From assembly GCF_003945235.1 (NCBI RefSeq), contig NZ_RSDW01000001.1, positions 5,970,001 through 6,002,000 on the forward strand: 32,000 nt of DNA, given 5' to 3'. This stretch comes from Edaphobacter aggregans (GTDB taxonomy: Bacteria > Acidobacteriota > Terriglobia > Terriglobales > Acidobacteriaceae). A program made the translations under genes and the position numbers. This document shows, piece by piece, positions 25,472 through 32,000 of the stretch (its first letter is position 1; each line of letters opens with the position of its first letter). The notes beneath the pieces are model-generated. The model was not told the origin of the DNA. It saw only the letters and a list, made by a program, of their open reading frames with translations, and did no database searches.

Positions 25472-25515
25472 GACCGCGGATTTACGCGGATGGTCGCGGA
25501 TTTGATTTTGAGTTT
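25472..25515 (+). repeat. Three exact-period (10 nt) CGCGGAT units plus G+T-rich tail (family G) between atpB and atpE
   Basis: CGCGGATTTA (25475-25484), CGCGGATGGT (25485-25494) and CGCGGATTTG (25495-25504), followed by ATTTTGAGTTTG. The preceding GAC matches the copy at 23856. Confidence 0.7.
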
Positions 25516-25630
25516 GCTGCGGAGGGGCTCCCTCTTCGCGGTAGCAACAACGTCGTACAGCGTGAGGGTGCCAGCACGGTGAGCATCAACCACCCACTGG
25601 CGGCGTATCTGACGGGAGACGGAGTATTAC

Positions 25631-25933
25631 ATGAAGAAGCTGCAATATCTGTTTATGTCGTTGGCCGCGATGCTGCTCGCAACGCCGGCTTTTGCGCAGG
25701 GCACGGTTAGCCCCGGAGCACAGTGGGTTCCGCTGGCTGCCGGTTTGGGCATGGCGTTGGCCGCTGGTCTCTGCGGTCTGGGTCAGGGTAAGGCGACGGC
25801 CTCGGCAACTGAGGCTCTGGCGCGTAACCCGGGTGCTCGTCCTGGAATCTTTATCTTCCTGATTCTCGGTCTCGCGTTCATCGAGTCGCTCGCACTGTTT
25901 ACGTTCGTCATCATCTTCCTGAAGGTTCAGTAA
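25631..25933 (+). CDS. atpE: F0F1 ATP synthase subunit c with a signal-peptide-like N-terminal extension
   Basis: Hairpin core GLGQGKATASATEALARNPGA...LILGLAFIESLALFTFVIIFL with the carboxylate Glu. It is preceded by MKKLQYLFMSLAAMLLATPAFAQG. Confidence 0.9.
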   Translation: MKKLQYLFMSLAAMLLATPAFAQGTVSPGAQWVPLAAGLGMALAAGLCGLGQGKATASATEALARNPGARPGIFIFLILGLAFIESLALFTFVIIFLKVQ

Positions 25934-25958
25934 GCTTCAGGTTTTGAGATGTGGAAAG

Positions 25959-25988
25959 GCCTCCGCTTCGGCGGGGGCTTTTCTGTTT
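25959..25988 (+). terminator. Rho-independent terminator after atpE
   Basis: GCCTCCGC-TTCG-GCGGGGGC is an 8-bp stem with one G.U pair and a tetraloop, followed by TTTTCTGTTT. It starts 26 nt after the atpE stop. Confidence 0.7.
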
Positions 25989-26061
25989 GGGGGACCTTGT
26001 GTGGGGCTTAAGATGTGCCAAGATTCTCTTTGGTGAGACGCGATTAAGTCCGGAGGCTGAG

Positions 26062-26448
26062 ATGCAAAGGCGCCGCGCAATTCTATTACTGGCTGGGGCC
26101 GCCAGTGGTAGTGGTGTTCCACGAGCAAATTCCGCGGCAGAACAAAGGCAATTCTCCATAGCTTATGTGGCCTGGGTCACTGAAGTTCTGAAGCGAATGC
26201 AGACGATCAAGCCGGGGATGACGAGAAAAACTCTTCTTAAGGTGTTTACCACAGAGGGTGGGTTATCCACGGGTTTACAACGCACATATGTCAGCAGGGA
26301 TTGTCCCTACTTCAAGGTTGATGTTGCATTTCAGCCGGTTGGTCGGCCGGACCGAGATGCGAGTGGCGGAGTGACTCTCGAAGAACGTGAAGAGGACATC
26401 ATTCTCAGTGTCTCGCGGCCATACTTAGAATTCAGCATTATGGACTAA
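26062..26448 (+). CDS. Small hypothetical exported protein (128 aa)
   Basis: ATG with GGAGG 5 nt upstream. N-terminus MQRRRAILLLAGAASGSG looks like a signal or Tat-like peptide. The coding sequence is noticeably A/T-richer than its neighbours, and I recognise no family motif. Confidence 0.5.
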   Translation: MQRRRAILLLAGAASGSGVPRANSAAEQRQFSIAYVAWVTEVLKRMQTIKPGMTRKTLLKVFTTEGGLSTGLQRTYVSRDCPYFKVDVAFQPVGRPDRDASGGVTLEEREEDIILSVSRPYLEFSIMD

Positions 26449-26465
26449 GGCTGAAGGAGTGTACT

Positions 26466-27995
26466 TTAGCGGATATCAGCGCCTGGCTCTACGTGGCAGT
26501 TCTCGGGGTGGCTGGAGCATTGCTGACGCGCTTGCTCGATGCGTGTTGTGCTGCTGGCGTATTCAGCTAGCCGTAGCGCTGCGTCGGGGACGATGCCGAG
26601 GAACAGAGTGGAGAAGGCGGCGAGTGCCAGGCCGATGGCGGCGGGGATGCTGACGGGGCGTCGCGGTATGAGACGGTCGCTGTCGGTGGCCGGGCGCGTG
26701 TAGACGGCCGACAGGAGGCGGAGATAGTAAAAGCAGGCTACGCCGCTGTTGAGGAGGCCGATGACGGCGAGCCAGACGTGGCCGGAGGTGATGGCTGCAG
26801 TGAAGACGTAAAACTTGCCAAAGAAGCCACCGGTGAAGGGAATGCCGATCAGCGAGAGCAGGAAGAAGGTGAGGATAGCGGCGAGGCCGGGGCGCTTGAG
26901 GGCGAGGCCGGTGTAGTCGTCGATGGTGCGGAGGTTCTCGTCGTAGCCGGCGACCTGGGTGATGACGGCGAAGGCTCCGACGTTCATGGCGGCGTAGGCG
27001 GCGGTGTAGAAGCAGGCTGCGGCGATGCCGTCTTGCGGGAAGGCAGTGAAGGCGACGAGGAGGTAGCCGGCGTGGGCGATGCTGGAGTAGGCGAGCATGC
27101 GCTTGACGTCGCGCTGGAGCAGGGCGCCGAGGTTGCCGATGGTCATCGAGAGGGCGGCGAGAATCCAGAGGAGGATCGACCAGCGGTGCTGGTAGGAGGG
27201 GAAACCGGTAAAGGTGATGCGGAGCAGGACGGCGAAGGCTGCGGCCTTGGGGGCGGTGGACATGAGGCCGACGACGGGGGCGGGTGCTCCCTGGTAGACG
27301 TCGGGTGTCCAGACGTGGAAGGGGGCGGCGGAGACCTTGAAGCCGAGGCCGATGATGATCATGGCGAGGGCGAGGAAGGCCATGGTGGGCGTGGCGGTGG
27401 TGGTCAGCCCCTGCGCGATGGCATAGATGCTGGTGGAACCGGTGGCTCCGAAGGCCAATGCGATGCCGTAGAGGAAGAAGGCCGTGGCGAAGGAGCCGAG
27501 GAGGAAGTACTTGATGGAGGACTCAGTGCCGGTGGCCTGGCCTTTGCGGAAGCCGGCCATGATGTAGGTGGAGATGGAAGAGATCTCGAGGCCGATGAAG
27601 ACCATGAGGAGTTCGACAGAGCAGGTCATCAGCATCATGCCGGTGGCTCCGAAGAGGACGAGGGCGTAGTACTCGCCGGCGTGGGTGTCGTTGCCTTCGA
27701 AGTAGTCGAGCGAGCTGAGCAGAGTGACGACGACGACGGCGGCGATGAGGATGTGGAAGAAGGCCGAGAAGGCGTCGACCTGGATGGTGTTGAAGAAGGC
27801 GTGGATGGTGCCAAGCTGGATCTGGAAGTAGCTGGCGATGCCTGCGGCGGCGGTTCCGGCGATGGCGATCCAGCCAAGGAGCTTGCGGCCGCTGGCGGGG
27901 GGCAGGAGCGGCGTGGCCAGCATGATGAGGATGCCGGTGAGGGTGAGGATGTACTCCGGAAGGAGACCGAGGATGTTGGGGGAGAGGCCTGACAT
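26466..27995 (-). CDS. nuoN: NADH-quinone oxidoreductase subunit N
   Basis: Polytopic antiporter-like protein (about 14 TM). It is the last gene of the nuoK-L-M-N order, and its start abuts the nuoM stop (TAAATG). Confidence 0.9.
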   Translation of the reverse strand: MSGLSPNILGLLPEYILTLTGILIMLATPLLPPASGRKLLGWIAIAGTAAAGIASYFQIQLGTIHAFFNTIQVDAFSAFFHILIAAVVVVTLLSSLDYFEGNDTHAGEYYALVLFGATGMMLMTCSVELLMVFIGLEISSISTYIMAGFRKGQATGTESSIKYFLLGSFATAFFLYGIALAFGATGSTSIYAIAQGLTTTATPTMAFLALAMIIIGLGFKVSAAPFHVWTPDVYQGAPAPVVGLMSTAPKAAAFAVLLRITFTGFPSYQHRWSILLWILAALSMTIGNLGALLQRDVKRMLAYSSIAHAGYLLVAFTAFPQDGIAAACFYTAAYAAMNVGAFAVITQVAGYDENLRTIDDYTGLALKRPGLAAILTFFLLSLIGIPFTGGFFGKFYVFTAAITSGHVWLAVIGLLNSGVACFYYLRLLSAVYTRPATDSDRLIPRRPVSIPAAIGLALAAFSTLFLGIVPDAALRLAEYASSTTRIEQARQQCSSHPENCHVEPGADIR

Positions 27996-29543
27996 TTAGC
28001 GCTGGCCTCCTTTGGGGGTCTGTGCGGCGGCTTCGGAGTTCACGGTGATGACCTGATGTACGGTGTCGGCGATCTGCGCGCCGGCGGTGTCGATGGCACG
28101 CGTCCAGTAGGGAGAGGCGATGCCCATGAGGAGAAAGAGCGCGACCAGGGGCCAGAGGGCGGCGTGTTCGCGGGCGTCGAGGTCGAAGGCGGCTACAGAG
28201 GCTGTGCGGCGGTTCAGCTCGCCGTAGAAGACGCGCTGGACCATCCAGAGCATGTAGGAGGCGGTGAGGATGACGCCGGTGGTGGCGAGGACTGTCCAGC
28301 CTACGTGATGCGCGATGGTGGATTGCATGGAGCCGGAGAAGACGAGGAACTCGCCGACGAAGCCGTTGAGCATGGGCAGGCCGACGACGGAGAGGGTGGT
28401 GAGGACGAACATGGTCACCATCCAGGGGAACTTCTGGGCGAGGCCGCCGTAGTCGCGCATGTCGTAGGTCTGGTAGCGCTCGTAGAGGAGACCGAGGAGC
28501 ATGAAGAGCGCGCCGCCGCCGAGGCCTTCGTTGAGGATTTGGAAGATGCCTCCGTCGAGGCCAGCGATGGTGAAGGTGAAGATACCGAGGACGACGACGC
28601 TGACGTGGCCGAGAGTGCCAAAGGCGGCTAGGCGCTTGAGGTCGTTCTGGACGAGGGCGATGAGCGCGCCGTAGACGATGCCGATGGCTCCGAGGGAGAT
28701 CATGAGCGGGGCGATGCGGTGGGACTCGGCGGGGAAGATCGCGAAGGAGAAGCGCAGGATGGAGTAGAGGCCGAGCTTTCCGGCGAGCACCATGACCGCG
28801 GCTGTGGGGGCTTCAGAGACGGCGTCGCAGAGCCAGCCGTGGAGCGGGAAGATGGGGACTTTGACCGCGAAGGCTACGAGGAACGCGATAGAGGCGAGCC
28901 AGAGGGCGGCGGAGTTCGATGAGATGCCGTGCGTGGCAGCTAGCTGCGCGAGGACGGGCAGGTCGAAGGAGCCGGTCTTGACGTAAAGCCAGACGATGGC
29001 GACGAGAAGGATTGCCGAGGGGATGAAGGCGTAGAGAAAGAACTTGATGGCGGCTCGGCGGCGGTTTTCGGTGCGGCCAAAGGTGGCGATGAGAAGCGCC
29101 ATGGGGACGAGGGAGAGCTCCCAGAAGGCGTAGTAGAGGAAGAGGTCGAGCGAGACGAAGATGCCCAGCATCGCGACCTGCTGGAGGAGGAAGAGGGAGT
29201 AGAAGAGGCGGCGGCGGGAGTCGATGGCTCGCCAGGAGATGAGGACGCCGAGGGGAGCGAGCAGGCCGGTGAGCACGACGAGCCACATGGAGAGGCCGTC
29301 GACGCCCATGTGGTAGCGGATGGCGGGGGAGGAGATCCAGCCGAAGTTTTGCTCGAACTGAAAGCCTTTGGCGGCGTAGTCGTAGTGGAAGGGCAGGTGC
29401 AGGGTGAGCAGGAAGGTGACGAGCGTGACGGCGAGAGCGGCCCACTGCTGGATCTTGTCGCGGTCGGGCAGGAACGCGAGGAGGATGGCTCCGGCGAGAG
29501 GGACGAAGGTGATGATCGTCAGGATGGAGTGATCTATGTTCAT
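27996..29543 (-). CDS. nuoM: NADH-quinone oxidoreductase subunit M
   Basis: Antiporter-like subunit with characteristic motifs (GVDGLSMWLVVLT, WLCDAVSEAPTAAVMVLAG..LGLY). It lies between nuoL and nuoN. Confidence 0.9.
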   Translation of the reverse strand: MNIDHSILTIITFVPLAGAILLAFLPDRDKIQQWAALAVTLVTFLLTLHLPFHYDYAAKGFQFEQNFGWISSPAIRYHMGVDGLSMWLVVLTGLLAPLGVLISWRAIDSRRRLFYSLFLLQQVAMLGIFVSLDLFLYYAFWELSLVPMALLIATFGRTENRRRAAIKFFLYAFIPSAILLVAIVWLYVKTGSFDLPVLAQLAATHGISSNSAALWLASIAFLVAFAVKVPIFPLHGWLCDAVSEAPTAAVMVLAGKLGLYSILRFSFAIFPAESHRIAPLMISLGAIGIVYGALIALVQNDLKRLAAFGTLGHVSVVVLGIFTFTIAGLDGGIFQILNEGLGGGALFMLLGLLYERYQTYDMRDYGGLAQKFPWMVTMFVLTTLSVVGLPMLNGFVGEFLVFSGSMQSTIAHHVGWTVLATTGVILTASYMLWMVQRVFYGELNRRTASVAAFDLDAREHAALWPLVALFLLMGIASPYWTRAIDTAGAQIADTVHQVITVNSEAAAQTPKGGQR

Positions 29544-29593
29544 TTGCTACCTGCGTGGTTCATCGGTTCCTTGTGGTGCTACGGCAAAACGAA

Positions 29594-29650
29594 GTGCAAC
29601 AGCAGATCCCTGCGGGATGACAACTAAAAGGCGAAAACAACTACAACTGC
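29594..29650 (-). repeat. Family H hairpin/GCAGTTG repeat copy inside the nuoL-nuoM spacer
   Basis: The minus strand reads GCAGTTGTAGTTGTTTTCGCCTTTTAGTTGTCATCCCGCAGGGATCTGCTGTTGCAC. The hairpin core is 27/29 identical to 13662-13690. Confidence 0.75.
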
Positions 29651-29669
29651 GAAAAACAGTACAAAAGCG

Positions 29670-31634
29670 TTAGTGCGTCCAGAGGGTTCGGCCAAAGACC
29701 ATGACGAAGATGACGGCGGCGGCGCCCAGGGCTAGCCAACCGGCGTAGGAGCGAATGTTTCCTGACTGAATGCGACTGGTGAGCTTGCTGAGCCCGCGGG
29801 TTGAGGCTCCGGCGGCGCGGCCTGAACCGTTAACGACAACCGTGTCGATGAGGCCGCTGAGGAGGGCGCGAGTGGCCATCATCAGTCCGGTGACGAAGAT
29901 GGTGTTGTAGATCTCGTCGATGTAGAACTTGTTTTCGACGAGACGGTAAAGGGCAGGAGACTTCTCGGCGAGTACGGAAGCCGTGCCAGGCTTCTTGTAA
30001 TAGAAGATGTAGGCGATGTAGAAGCCGATGGCTGCGGTGAGAACTGAGACTGCGGCGAGAGTGAGTTCGAGGCCAAAGCTCGCGGCATTGGCAACTCCGG
30101 CGGCGAAGACTGGCTCGAGGAAGTGCTCGGCCTCGTCGCTTCCGCCGAAGGCGATGGGGATGCCGACCCATCCGCCGATGACCGAGAGGATGGCAAGGAT
30201 TACCAGCGGCGCGAGCATGATCCAGGGCGATTCATGCGGGGCATGCGCGTGGGCTGTGTGGCCGTGATCGTGCGTGTCGGCGTGGTGATTGAACTTCTCC
30301 GGACCAAAGAAGGTCTTGAACCAGAGGCGGAACATGTAGAAGGAGGTCATGCCGGCGGTGACGAGGCCGACGAACCAGAGCAACTTGCCGAGCGGATTAG
30401 GGCTGGTGAAGGCGCGGAAGAGGATCTCGTCTTTGGAGAAGAAGCCAGCCAGCGGCGGGATGCCTGCGATGGCGACGACGCCTGCGGTCATGGTCCAGAA
30501 GGTGATTGGGATGTGCTTGCGGAGGCCACCCATGTGGCGCATGTCCTGCTCGCCGGAGAGAGCGTGGATGACGGAGCCGGCGGCGAGGAAGAGCAGCGCC
30601 TTGAAGAAGGCGTGGGTCATCAGGTGGAAGATGCCGGCTTCGTATGCGCCGACTCCGCAGGCCAGGAACATGTAGCCGAGCTGCGAGATGGTGGAGTAGG
30701 CGAGGACGCGCTTGATGTCGTGCTGGACGAGGCCGATGCAGGCGGCGAAGATGGCTGTGGCCGCGCCGATGATGGCGACTACGCCGAGGGCGTAAGGGCT
30801 GCGGTCAAAGAGAGTGTGGCAGCGGGCGACCATGTAGATGCCGGCCGTGACCATCGTCGCCGCGTGAATGAGGGCGGAGACGGGGGTGGGGCCTTCCATG
30901 GCGTCGGGGAGCCAGACGTAGAGCGGGATCTGTGCGGACTTGCCGGTGGCTCCGAGGACGAGCAGCAGGGCGATGGCGGTGAGGATTCCGCCTTGCCAGT
31001 CGGGGTTGGCGCTGATAGCTCCGAAGACCTGCGCGAAGCTGAGTGAGCCGAAGTGCTGGACGAGGAGAAACATCGCCAGGAGGAAGCCGAAGTCGCCGAT
31101 GCGGTTGACGATGAAGGCTTTTTTGCCGGCGTTGGCGGCGGAGTCCTTGGTGAAGTAGAAGCCGATGAGGAGGTAGGAGGCGAGACCGACGCCCTCCCAG
31201 CCGACGAAGAGCAGAAGGAAGCTCTCGGCGAGGACCAGGATGAGCATGAAGAACATGAAGAGGTTAAGGTAGGCGAAGAAGCGCCAGTAGCCTTCTTCGT
31301 GCGCCATGTAGCCGACGGAGTAGATGTGGATGAGGAAGCCGACGCCGGTGACGACGCCAAGCATCATGAGGGTGAGGTGGTCGACCGAGAGGGCGAAGTT
31401 GACCTGGAAGCCGGTGATGGCGATCCATGGCTGGCTGACGATGCCGAAGGTCTCGGGAGCGCCGGGGGACTTCATGAACGCCCAGAGCCATGCGACGAGG
31501 ATCGCCGGAATGGCAGTGCAGATGAGGGCGACGGCAGAGACGAGGGCGCGGGGCAGCTTGCGGCCAACGGTTCCGTTGATGAGGAAGCCGGTGAAGGGAA
31601 GCAGCGGAATCAGCCAGAGATACGAAGCGGGCAT
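29670..31634 (-). CDS. nuoL: NADH-quinone oxidoreductase subunit L
   Basis: The 654-aa antiporter-like subunit has motifs WEGVGLASYLLIGF and PTPVSALIHAATMVTAGIY, plus a C-terminal lateral-helix region. Confidence 0.9.
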   Translation of the reverse strand: MPASYLWLIPLLPFTGFLINGTVGRKLPRALVSAVALICTAIPAILVAWLWAFMKSPGAPETFGIVSQPWIAITGFQVNFALSVDHLTLMMLGVVTGVGFLIHIYSVGYMAHEEGYWRFFAYLNLFMFFMLILVLAESFLLLFVGWEGVGLASYLLIGFYFTKDSAANAGKKAFIVNRIGDFGFLLAMFLLVQHFGSLSFAQVFGAISANPDWQGGILTAIALLLVLGATGKSAQIPLYVWLPDAMEGPTPVSALIHAATMVTAGIYMVARCHTLFDRSPYALGVVAIIGAATAIFAACIGLVQHDIKRVLAYSTISQLGYMFLACGVGAYEAGIFHLMTHAFFKALLFLAAGSVIHALSGEQDMRHMGGLRKHIPITFWTMTAGVVAIAGIPPLAGFFSKDEILFRAFTSPNPLGKLLWFVGLVTAGMTSFYMFRLWFKTFFGPEKFNHHADTHDHGHTAHAHAPHESPWIMLAPLVILAILSVIGGWVGIPIAFGGSDEAEHFLEPVFAAGVANAASFGLELTLAAVSVLTAAIGFYIAYIFYYKKPGTASVLAEKSPALYRLVENKFYIDEIYNTIFVTGLMMATRALLSGLIDTVVVNGSGRAAGASTRGLSKLTSRIQSGNIRSYAGWLALGAAAVIFVMVFGRTLWTH

Positions 31635-31650
31635 CAGTAGTTCTCGAGTC

Positions 31651-31953
31651 TCAGAGTTTCATCAGGTTGACCTGATCGATGTTCAGGGTCTGGCGTGTAC
31701 GGAAGATAGCAATGATGATGGCCAGGCCGACGGCGGCTTCCGCTGCGGCGACGACCATGACGAAGAAGACGAAGATCTGTCCGGAGACCTGGTGCCACAT
31801 GTGCGCGAAGGCGACGAAGGTCAGGTTGACGGCGTTGAGCATCAGCTCGATGGACATGAAGACGGTGATGATGTTGCGCTTGATGAGGAAGCTGGCGACG
31901 CCGACCGAGAAGAGGACGGCGGCGAGGATCAGGTAGTAAGCGATGGGAACCAT
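31651..31953 (-). CDS. nuoK: NADH-quinone oxidoreductase subunit K
   Basis: 100 aa with 3 TM helices, conserved [11 protein letters not shown] and [11 protein letters not shown], and AGGAGG upstream of the ATG. Confidence 0.9.
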   Translation of the reverse strand: MVPIAYYLILAAVLFSVGVASFLIKRNIITVFMSIELMLNAVNLTFVAFAHMWHQVSGQIFVFFVMVVAAAEAAVGLAIIIAIFRTRQTLNIDQVNLMKL

Positions 31954-32000
31954 TAGGCGTGCCTCCTATCTGCGTTCGTCCCTAGAATGGTGAACCAAAG

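Noticed and set aside
23856-25515. The CGCGGAT tandem units considered as a possible CRISPR or minisatellite
   Set aside because: The units are only about 10 nt long, occur three times per locus, have no spacers, and no cas genes are present. They are reported instead as a short phased repeat family.
24021-25933. The idea that the atpZ-like/atpI-like/atpB/atpE cluster is part of an N-type (Na+) ATPase operon, in which small AtpQ/AtpR proteins precede atpB
   Set aside because: N-ATPase operons start with atpD-atpC and continue with atpF-atpA-atpG. Here lysS diverges upstream and a terminator follows atpE. The c subunit also lacks the complete Na+-binding motif.
26778-27992. 404-aa plus-strand ORF opposite nuoN. 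Similar ORFs occur at 28056-28631, 30123-31046 and 31053-31640 opposite nuoM and nuoL.
   Set aside because: These are antisense shadows of strongly supported membrane-protein genes. They are very rich in G/E/D/A/V, with no start context and no motifs.
31954-32000. Possible 3' end of nuoJ upstream of nuoK
   Set aside because: Only about 45 nt are available. Two minus-strand frames reach stops (at 31982-31984 or nearer nuoK), and I cannot decide which one is nuoJ, if either, so no feature is called.

Overview
GC-rich chromosomal segment made up almost entirely of housekeeping genes. The gene content and style suggest an Acidobacteriota (Terriglobia-like) genome: a TonB-dependent receptor, a PadR gene with a membrane partner, a Tat-exported glycoside hydrolase, and Pro/Ala/Glu-rich inserts in core proteins. 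That assignment is inference only.

Gene order, left to right:
- 3' end of a TonB-dependent receptor
- decayed tyrosine-integrase fragment beside tRNA-Cys(GCA) and tRNA-Gly(GCC)
- cytoplasmic PAS histidine kinase
- TPR-secretin, Fis-type HTH protein, cvpA, purC and a membrane protein (all minus strand)
- smc
- secreted TPR-like protein
- Tat-signal GH2-like hydrolase
- GNAT acetyltransferase
- ymdB-like phosphoesterase
- Rrf2 regulator
- signal-peptide creatininase-family protein
- PadR plus membrane partner
- lysS
- F0-only ATP synthase cluster (atpZ-like, atpI-like, atpB, atpE)
- small secreted hypothetical protein
- nuoK-L-M-N (minus strand)

I found no CRISPR array, intact mobile element, rRNA, or recognisable multi-gene defence, toxin or biosynthetic system, so I cannot support a claim of a new protein-based system here.

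The features that ordinary annotation leaves unexplained are non-coding:
1. A REP-like hairpin plus GCAGTTG repeat family. It always lies just 3' of stop codons, is co-oriented with the upstream gene, shows compensatory stem changes, and has one copy inside the nuo operon.
2. A GCGGAT / G+T-rich repeat family. It is always on the sense strand of the local transcription unit and includes two triple CGCGGAT arrays at 10-nt phasing around the F0 genes.
3. Two strong isolated palindromes that look like operators.

Secondary oddities are an orphan secretin with an N-terminal TPR region, low-complexity inserts in LysS and SMC, and an ATP synthase c subunit with a signal-peptide-like N-terminus in an operon that lacks atpF onward.

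All calls come from reading the sequence and the supplied ORF translations. No searches were run.
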